The notes under the pieces: generated by a model
What the model was told of the DNA's origin: nothing
The model's input: the letters and a program-made list of their open reading frames with translations, nothing else
Databases searched by the model: none
Translations under genes and position numbers: made by a program
In this document: piece after piece, positions 50,823 through 60,000 of the stretch
Layout of the letters: the number at the start of each line of letters is the position of its first letter
Numbering within the stretch: the first letter of the stretch is position 1
Source of the DNA: Lama glama
Taxonomy: Eukaryota
Assembly: GCA_028534125.1 (NCBI GenBank)
Contig: CM052832.1
Coordinates: forward strand, 10,170,001 to 10,230,000
DNA length: 60,000 nt
Direction of reading: 5' to 3'

Positions 50823-53566
50823 GTAATGTTCAGAAGGAGTTGCACTCTGGGCCCCATATAACCCGCTCGATGCCCAGGAATCACTGGCATTACCATGGCA
50901 ACTACCATTATGTGTAGGCCTAGAAGGATCTCTAGATCCCTGTGCCCTGTGCAGTGGGTGGGCCAGGAGGTGCCCCCAGCTCCTGCCCAACATTCCGGTG
51001 ACTTTCCTTCCCTAGGCCAGGGTTTGGCTGGCAGCCTCCCTGAGCTGCTGCAGGTGCCTGTAGGGAGCTCCATCCAGGTGCAGTGCCACTACCGACTCCA
51101 AGACATCAAGGCTCGAAAGGTGTGGTGTCGCTTCCTGCGGGAGGGGTGCCAGCCCTTGGTGTCATCAGCCGTGGATCGCAGAGCCCCAGCCAGCAGCCGC
51201 GTATTTCTCACTGACCTGGGTGGCGGCCTGCTCCAGGTGGAGATGATTTCCCTGCGGGAGGAGGATGCTGGGGAGTATGGCTGCCTGGTGGAGGGAAACT
51301 CAGGGCCCCAGACTGTGCACAGAGTCACTCTGAACGTGCACGCTGCAGGTGAGTTATCCTAGCCTGGCCACCCCTCCGACCTGCCCTCTTGTCCCTACCT
51401 ACTGCTCTGGGGTCCTTGTTGGGTGGGGGCCCTTGTCAGGGAGGAACCGGGAGGGGGATCTCCTTTGGACAGCTCTGCAGGGAACGGAAACCAAACCAGT
51501 GAGATGCCTGAGATAAAGCAGCCAAGCAGTTCCTTTCCCCTCCCGCACAGTGGGTTTCCCCACAGGAAGGCACATCCTCCTTCCCCACCCATGGCCTTGG
51601 CTTTCTACATATTTGATGCTATTTTTTCCCTTAGAAATGTTTTAAACAAAGTTTTAATTCAGGTGTATGAACTGGAATTAGTTTTTTGAAAATATCTGCC
51701 AGGTTTTTATTACTGTAATAATGAGTTTGATGGCTTAAAAATTACTGATTTACATCTTATTTAGTTTTACAAGTCTTCCCTGAGCATCTAATACGTGCCT
51801 CACCTACAGGCAGGGTACACTAGGTGCCTGAGTTCCTTCCACTCACTCAGTTTTAAAAACAGAAAAAGTGTCCTTAATAGTTAAGTCAACATTCTCAGCC
51901 CTGTTTTTAGTATAGAAAGTTTTGTTTTCACAGATTTCATTTTCACAGCCTGTAAGTTTCTCATGTCTAAACATTTATTGAAAGAATATTTTAAAGTATT
52001 AAAAAATGTTTCCAGAAAAATAGGATATTATAAAAAAAATGTTGTCTGTAAAATGATCAGCTACCTGATGAAACAGAGACTGCTCCTGCCTTCTGCTCCT
52101 ATTTTCTACCTTTTCAGGGCTTCTTTTCTCAAGTAATTTGTGCCAAGTGTCCCAAGTAATGAAATTAAGACAGGCATTTTTCCTTCTCTTGGTTTTTTAC
52201 TCCATCTGTGAATTATGAGGATGGACTAAGCTGTCATTAGAATCCCTCTTGAATCCACAATTATTATTTATATTTTAATCATACTCTTGTTAACCCTAGT
52301 CATCCTTTGTCCGCCTCCTTCCTTGACACTCTAAGGTCTAGTAAGTCAAGGTTAAAACTCCCTAATGGCAAATTGTGACAAGACATGCACTGGGAAGAGG
52401 CGGCAGGGAGACAGGTACCTGCAGTGGGGCGGGTGTTGGGGACCCCAGTAGCCATAGGGGATGGATGTTCAGGCAGGCGGGCAGAGCACAGTATCCAGGG
52501 AGGAGGTGGGTGGTTTAAAAAGCACCAGGAGAGCAGGACACATGCAGCAAGATTGGGGCCACATCATCTCCATTTCCTGGTTTAATATGGGGTGGAAAGT
52601 GGGAATGGTGAATCCCTAAGAACAAGGCAAGACCCTCGTCTCAGAGGGTCTAGAAGGACTGCCCAGGTTCCCAAGGCAGATCCTCAGGCACAGAGAGACC
52701 AACCTTGAGTGCTGCGGATGGGAGTGGAGCATGTTGCAGGGATGACAGAAACCTTGTGACAAAACCGAGTCTCAGGGTCCAAGCAAGGCTCTCAGCAAGG
52801 GTCAGCATCATTGTGTCACATCAGAGCTGACCCCAAGTCCCTCAGATCCTGAAGGAAGAGCTTGGGATGGGGCTAAACCAGCCTGCACGGGCTGTCGCAC
52901 GGTTGCAGGTATGTGGAGAAGTCGAGCAGGTTGTGCTGAGGTCCCTCGGGAGACCAACTGATGAGAGCCAGGAGCAAGGTTTCCACTGAGGATGAGAGTG
53001 GAGAAACCTACTCTGGGGTGGGGTCGGGGGGATGGACACAGAGGGGCACAGGGAAACAGGTGAAGAAGAATGTAGGAAGAAAGGTTGGGAGCCAGGGGCA
53101 GAGGGGAAAGTGGGCATATTCACAACCAGGTATAGACACAAAGAGGGCCATTCCTTGATCTCCAGAATGAGAGGCCCCTAAGGACTATCCCAAACCCCCC
53201 TTCTTTGTGTTTCTTGGGACCTATCCTTCCTCAGCTCCACTCCCCCAGTCCCTCAGGTCTCACCAGGCCCTTGAATCCTGCCCACCATGGGCATGTGCTC
53301 ATTAAATACTTCCTTCTGACTCAGCTCCTGGCCTGGAAAAGGAGGGAGAGAAGACCCATCATGTTGGGAGTCTGGCTGACAGCTCCTCTTCAAACCCTGT
53401 GGGCAGTGCCAACCCTCTGGATCCCAGCCAGGATGAGAAGAGGTACTGACAAGAACTGTATTTGGGTGTCTGGGAAAGGGTGGTGGTGAAGATACGGCAT
53501 GTTCAGAGCCTCAGGCTAAATCAGAGGTAAACCTTATGATTCTTTCCACCCCCGGGGAACTTCTGA

Positions 53567-53598
<32 letters not shown>

Positions 53599-55118
53599 AC
53601 ATACCTCTCTCTACCCCACTTCAGCGCTGACTCCTTCATCCCAGTGGATCCCCAGGATACCCTGATAATGCATCTCTCTTCTGCCTTGCTTGAGTCTGCC
53701 TTTCTCATTCCCTTCCAGCGAAAAGAACTCTATCCTTTTGCCACTTTTTCAGGATTCCTGGCAAGCAGCCCCTCACTAGGTTCAGGGCTAAGCTCACCTA
53801 TCCCTTTGTGTCCCTCAGCAGACCCTTGATTTGGGGTGCTGTGCTCCTGGTGGGCCTGCTGGTGATGGCAGCGGCGGTGCTGTTAGCTGTAATGGCCAAA
53901 AAGAAAGGTATGTGGCTGTCTACCTGCCTATCCCAGGATGGCCTCCTCGTCCTGTGTCAGCCAGGCTTGCATTTGAGGCTGGGAATCTAGGTCCGCTCCT
54001 CCTGTAGGCAGGCTTTGGTAACAGCCCCCGGCCTAGACTTCCCATGGCTGAGGGGTGGAAGAGAGAAAGGATTTAGTGGGAGGTAGCCCAGGGAGAGAGA
54101 GGAATTGGAGATGGTGAGACAGTGGGATGGGGGACAGGTGACTGGAGGAGGTGAGGGATTTCAGGAGATGGGCTGAGTGCTGAGGCAGGTTGAACGGTGC
54201 TGTGGAAGCAGTAAGTAGGTAGGGAGATTTAGGGCTGGCTGGGGCAGGGGGCTGGGGCAACGAAGGGGGAAATCTTTGCTGGTGGGAGTGGGGAAGGTGA
54301 GTATAGACTAGGACAGAGGTTTCAGAGGTTTCTGAAGGGAGTGCGGTGGCGGGGGCGGTGGGGTGGACACTGAGCCAGCCCAAGAAGCAGACTGTGCTTC
54401 TGTCTTCTGTCCTGACAGGGAACAGGCTTGGACAATTTCAGAGCAATGGAGTCCCAGGCACAGTAAGAGACCTCTGCAGGCCCCCAGCCAAATTCTCCAG
54501 ACCCTCCATCTGCCTTGCTCACTGAGAAGTCCCAGGATAATGAGGTGGAGAAAAGACTGGGACCCAGTCGAGGTCCAAACTCTCTTCCTAAATGCTGTAA
54601 ACCTGGCAACCATGGTCTCCCACCTTCCCATCTTGCTATCCACCTACCCCGATTTGGGGAGAAACTTGGGGCTTGAAAATCTTCAAAGTGAAGCCCTCCT
54701 GCCCACTGACATGCTCAGGGTTGAGGAGACAGATCCAGTGTAGTCCTGGGCTTCCCACCAAAGGGAACTGGGGCAGAGGGAGACATTTTCTCTTTGCTTG
54801 ATTTGCCTGTTTTTGTTACAGGCACCCTCCTCGGCGGTCCACCACATCAGTGACTCTGGACCAGCTGCTGATCTGCCATTGGATGTACCATACGTTAGGC
54901 TCGACTCGCCACCTTCCTTCGACAATACGACCTACAGCAACCTTCCTCTTGATCCTCTGCCAGGAAAACCCCCAACCCCAGTCCAATCCTCTTTGCCCCC
55001 TCTGCCTCCTAAGGCTGTGACATATGCCACAGTCGTCTTCCCTGGAGGGGACAAAAGTGGAGGAGCCTCCTGTGAGCCAGCCCAAGATCCACCTAATAGC
55101 CAGACTCCACCCAGCTAA
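50780..55118 (+). CDS. TREML1: TREML1 (TLT-1), 6 coding exons, 307 aa
   Basis: Exons 50780-50822, 51016-51348, 53325-53442, 53819-53907, 54419-54462 and 54822-55118 sum to 924 nt; VGSSIQVQCHYRLQD...KVWCRFL, tail motifs TTYSNL and VTYATV. Confidence 0.98.
51016..51348 (+). CDS. TREML1: TREML1 exon 2 (Ig-V)
   Basis: 333 nt V-set exon. Confidence 0.98.
53325..53442 (+). CDS. TREML1: TREML1 exon 3 (stalk)
   Basis: GSLADSSSSNPVGSANPLDPSQDEK. Confidence 0.93.
53568..53597. repeat. (GGCA)n tetranucleotide repeat
   Basis: Direct run. Confidence 0.85.
53819..53907 (+). CDS. TREML1: TREML1 exon 4 (TM)
   Basis: PLIWGAVLLVGLLVMAAAVLLAVMAKKK. Confidence 0.96.
54419..54462 (+). CDS. TREML1: TREML1 exon 5
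   Basis: GNRLGQFQSNGVPGT, 44 nt, donor gtaaga, restores phase 0. Confidence 0.88.
54822..55118 (+). CDS. TREML1: TREML1 exon 6 (ITIM tail)
   Basis: APSSAVHHISDSG...DSPPSFDNTTY...VTYATVVFPGG...PPS*. Confidence 0.97.
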   Translation, partial: APSSAVHHISDSGPAADLPLDVPYVRLDSPPSFDNTTYSNLPLDPLPGKPPTPVQSSLPPLPPKAVTYATVVFPGGDKSGGASCEPAQDPPNSQTPPS

Positions 55119-55339
55119 GCTGTTCATCTTCCTGTAAACTCACAGAGATCATCTCTACGGTTCTGAGTAGCCATCCATGCAGCCCATGCCTTCAATCCCT
55201 AGGGTGTCAGAGCAACTAGGGACTTCAGGATCTGATCTAATGTCTTGACTTTTCTGACCTGGAAAGTGATACTTAGATACGATTGAAGTGTCTTGGGAAG
55301 CCCCCATGCTAGTTCCTCTGCCTTTAAACCACTGTGATA

Positions 55340-55345
55340 AATAAA
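55340..55345 (+). terminator. TREML1 candidate polyadenylation signal
   Basis: AATAAA about 220 nt after the stop codon. Confidence 0.6.
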
Positions 55346-56559
55346 CTCTAAGTGATAATATATGAGCTCTTGATGCTTGAGAGGGAAAGAGAGGGCCCAA
55401 GTTTGACTTCACATGGTCTGTGAACTCCAAAGACTGGTCCAGAGTTTGTGTGTGTGATCTCCTGCCTGTCCTGCCAGTGGGAAGGTGGTTTCACTCCCTG
55501 GGCAGAATACTGCAATGCAGTTTGATTTAAGGGGCATCAAGAAGGCTTCTTCAAAAGCATTTCCTGCCTTTATCATGATAACTTCTGAAAGTATAGATTC
55601 ATTTTCTTCAGTCTAGAAATCTCTTCTGCTTTCTGCTCTGTACCTTGTAAACAAGTGACATCTTATGGCGTGACAACATATAGTGGAAGAAAGGGGATAA
55701 TAATTAGTTAAAGGAGATTCAGGACAGATAGAGTATGAGAGATGGGGTTAAAAAGAAACAGGAGTGAGGAAAAAACTAATATAGGTATCAAGCCTATTCC
55801 TTGGTAGGACAAAGGATTTTCAAGCACCAGGAGAAAAAAGACCCTTGCAGACATCAGTTTTACCAGAGCTGGCTCTTTATCAGCTGGGGGGCCATCTGGT
55901 AGCTCTGTTCCTTTTGGCCTTAACTCTGAGCTTGGGAAGAGCCCAGTGGAGAAAGGGCATGAGGGTGAGAGGAGGAGGAATAAATGGTAAGGGTGTGGCC
56001 ATGGTTAAGAGTAAATGAGAGCTAGTCCAGGCTGGGGATCAGAGAGCCTTCAAGGTTCCTGCCAGGATTTCTTCTCAAACTGTTTAGTTTGAAAATATTT
56101 GCCCGTATTGAGATGAGAGACTTAAATGCAGAGGAATGAGGTACTCAGGAACCCAGTCTTTTTTATAATCATGGAGAGTTAGGTAAAAAGAGGTTTTCAC
56201 CATCTAGAGGGGCCCTAAGCCTGGTTTAGGCAACTGAGGAGAAGGGACAGGGAGGGGCTATGTAAGCCTATTTTCAGGGAGCTCTGGCAGGATGTTCTGA
56301 GCTTCCCTTGATAAGAGTCTCAGCCTGTGACAGAACCTAAATTTACTCTGTCCCTTGTGGAGGCAGCAGCTGCCCATCAATCAACTAAGACTTCATTTTC
56401 CTGCCTAAGATGACTGGGGACTTGCCTGGTGGGAAAGCAAGGTAGAGCTGGAGGCGGGGACAGGAGAATGCGGGGGAAGGGCAGAATAAAGTATAAAAGA
56501 ACCCTTTGGGAGAAACTTACCCTGGTCTGAGTGTGAACTTTTTAGAACCTGACAGGAAT

Positions 56560-59540
56560 AGTATATTTTATAATACAAAGGAAAATACCAAGATAATCAA
56601 TTGGCTGGTAAAGAAGAGGGAAGGAGGAAGGGGAAATATATTAATTCCACCATTGTACATGGTAAGAAGTCTATGAATAACAACTAGAGTCACAGTTATA
56701 AAAGTAACTTCTAAGATAAAACTACTAACCTAAATTTTATTATAAGAAACACAAAAACAAAGCAAAGAAAATGCAAGTGACATGGTGAGATGGGTGCTTC
56801 ATATCAAAACTTTTGGGATTCAGTTAAAGAAGTTCTCAGAGGAAAATTCACACCCTCAACAAGAATTAAGCATCTTCCTCAAACAGCTAGTTAATTTTAA
56901 ATGAGAAAAATGACATAACTAATACATAAATAAAAGAGCATATTCTTTGAAATAAAACGAAATAAAAGAGAGAAAGTGTTGGATAACTTACTCAAGAAGG
57001 AAGATGAAATAAGAAATGACAAGGGGGAAATAGTCACAGATATAAAGACAATGAAAAAAATAACAAGAGTATTTTGTGCTGCTGTTGGTGGTGAAGTGGG
57101 AATGACGGTAAAGGGGCCTGAAAGAATTTCTGGGGGTGATTAAAATGTTCTCTATCATCATTGTGGTAGTAGTTACATGGGTGTATACATTTGTGAAAAA
57201 GGTGTACTTTATTGTATTTTAAGTTATATTTTGATAAAGTTGATTGAAAAAAAAAACCTTGAAAGGCCACTGGGGAATAGTTAAAAAGTATTATACAAAA
57301 CTCAGAAGTCATAAAAGAATTCATAGATACATTAAAACTGACACATTAAGATAAATTAAGACTGATACCTTTCCCTCCATGACAAAAACACCATAAACAA
57401 AAGAAAAAACACAAAATTAGGAAAAATTCTGCAACTCATACAAAGGCAGATAACTCATTTCCCTAACCTCTACAGATCACTAAAAAACACTTAATCGAAT
57501 ATGGTCATAGGACATATACATGTGGCTTACACAAAAAAAGAAATATAAATATAATAAATACCTTTACCTTCAGCTAAGGGAAATACAAATTAAAAGTACA
57601 CTGAGAGTGAGAGTGATTTTAAAAGAAAATGGTTAAAGAACTCTGAAAATTCTCTCTTCCATAAAAGAAACAAGAAAACTGGTAAAAATAGAATCAATTT
57701 TTTTTAGAACTCTGGACATTAACCAATGGCTTGTATCAATCCAAGGAGTGTTTACTCAAGAAAAATGACTTTCCTTTACCCATATCTGATTTAAAAGACA
57801 ACTTCCTAAAGCAATAATTATACATCTGTGTTGGTGGACGTATCATTTAAAATGCAACTTTTATGACAATAACAATATGAAGAAGGGGGAAGAAATGGGG
57901 CTATACAGAATCAAAGTTTTTATATATGACTGAAATTAACTTGGTATCAATCTGAACTAGATTGTTTTAAATTAAAATGTTAACTGTAATCCCTATAGCA
58001 AGAAAATAAAAATTATACAGTAAAAGAAATAACAAGGGAATTAAATTTAAATTAAAATTATCTAATATAACAAAAGACAATGGAGGAATAGAGGAGGAAA
58101 AGACATAAGACAAGCAGAAAACATAAAAGGGCAGACATAAATCATATCTTATCAGTAATTATACTGAATGTAATAAACATTCTGATGAAAAGGCAGAGAC
58201 TGGCAAAATGGATTAAAAAAACACATGACCCAACCATATGCTTGCCTCAGGATACAAACTTTAGATTGGAAAACACAAGTCAGTTGAAAGTGAAAGAACA
58301 GAAAACATGTATCACGCAAACTAGCTACAGAGTGCTGGAATGGCTATACTAATATCAGTCCAAATGGACCGTAAGAGAAAAATTGTTACTAGTGACAAAG
58401 AAAGGACATTTTATAATAATAGGAGTCAACCAATTAAGGAGATACAACAATTATAAAAATGTGTGGTACCTAACAACAGAGTTTCAAAATATATGAAGCA
58501 AAAAATGACAGAACTGAAGGGAGATAAACAAATAGTAATAGTTGTAGATTTCAATATCCATTTCAACATCCAGATGACAGAACAAGTATGTAGAAGATCA
58601 ACAAGGAAAGAACAGACATGAACACTACAACCCAACCAGATCTCACTCCACCCAACAACCGTAGACTGTACACTCTGTTCAGGCATACTTGCCACATTCT
58701 GCAGGACAGACCGTATGTTTGACCATAACCAAGTCTTAATAAATTTAAAAGAATGGAAATCGTACAAAGTATGTTTTCTGACCATAATGGAATGAAATTA
58801 GAAGTCAATAACAGAAGCAAATTTTGGAAACTAACAACCATGTGGCAATTAAACAATACATGCTTGAATAACAAGTAGGTTAAAGAAGAAATCATAAGAA
58901 AAATTAGAAATACTTTGAGATGAATGAATATAAAAACGCAACATACTGAAACTTAGATGATTCAGCAAAGTCAGTGCGTAGAGGGAAACTTATAGCTGTA
59001 AACATCTTTATTTAAAAAAAAGATCCCAAATCAACAACTTAACTTTCCACCTGAAGAAACTAGAAGCAAAAGAGTAAACTAAACTCAAAACAAGCGGAAG
59101 AAGGAAATAATAAAAATCAGAGCAGAAATAAATGAAATAGAGAACAGAAAAACAATATAAAAAAATCAACAAAACCAAGAGTTGGTTCTGACAAGATTAA
59201 CAAAATTGACAAAACTTAGCCAGACTGGAAAGAAACAAAGAGAAGACTTACATTATTAAATCAAAAATGAAAGTGTAGGGAGAACTACTAACCTTATGAC
59301 ATAAAAAAGGATTGTAAGAAATATTATAAATAATTATATATGAATAAATTAGATAATGCAGATCAAATTCCTAGAAAAGACAAATTCCTAGAAAGACACA
59401 AACTACTGAAACTGACTCAAAAAGAAATAGAAAATCTGAAGAGACCAAGCGAAGAGGTTTAATTAGTAATCAAAAAACTTCCCACAAAGAGAAGCTCAGG
59501 TCCAGATAGCGTCACTGGTGAGTTCTACCAAACACTGAAG
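56560..59540 (+). mobile_element. Nested L1 fragments, including ORF2 endonuclease region (about 58130-59540)
   Basis: Remnants such as PNNRVSKYMKQK, DRMFDHN, FSDHNGMKLEVN and KINKTKSWF with stops and frameshifts. Confidence 0.88.
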
Positions 59541-59734
59541 AGGGAGAAAGGGGGAGGGGAGGGAGAAGGAGGGGATGTGCAGACCTGACAGCATGATTTA
59601 AAAGGCAAGTATCGGCTTCCCTTTCCCAAGCATCTCCCTCCCTGTCCTTAGAGTTCTGGTCTTGGTCATTTGAACAGAACACTGAAAATTGGGTACAGGG
59701 TCACCTACTACAGGCAAGGTCCCATGAAAGTCTG

Positions 59735-59985
59735 TAGAGCCTAGTGGTGAAGCTTAAACTCTGGAATCAAAATTGAGTTAGAGTCCCAGATCCACCATCT
59801 GGTGGCTATTTCTTAAAGTAAAACCTTTCTAAGCTTCAGTTTCTTCAACTGTACTATGGGGACGATAAAAGTACTTGCTTCCCAGAGCTGATACAAGGAT
59901 TTAAAGACTGTATTTCAAGCATTTAGTATAGTGCTTGGCACAGAATAAGTGAATAATAAATGGTAGCTAGTGTAACATTAGCTAA
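59735..59985 (+). mobile_element. MIR SINE
   Basis: aagcttcagtttcttcaactgtactatgggga...gtgcttggcacagaataagt. Confidence 0.7.
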
Positions 59986-60000
59986 TTGATTCTATGAAGA

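Noticed and set aside
58426..58895. Minus-strand ORFs of 110-119 aa
   Set aside because: Antisense frames of decayed L1 ORF2

Overview
This is mammalian genomic DNA containing the TREM (triggering receptor expressed on myeloid cells) immunoreceptor cluster. The species is probably a camelid, judging from the SINE and young L1 3' ends. All recognisable genes are on the + strand, in this order: TREM1 (exons 1-3 at 8599-12379, with no transmembrane exon visible and a 500-N gap at 13444-13943), a decayed TREML4/TREML3P-like relic (about 22196-27490), intact TREML2 (29370-35052), a pseudogene resembling mouse Treml6/pDC-TREM (39637-40268), intact TREM2 (43141-47504) and intact TREML1 (50780-55118). 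The rest is mostly L1, MIR, LTR and DNA-transposon debris. I found no wholly new biological system. The most notable points are the two dead receptor genes, the missing TREM1 TM exon, an upstream ATG in TREM1, and a remodelled TREML1 tail with an extra ITIM-consensus motif. Homology statements rest on recalled human, mouse and cattle sequences, not on database searches.
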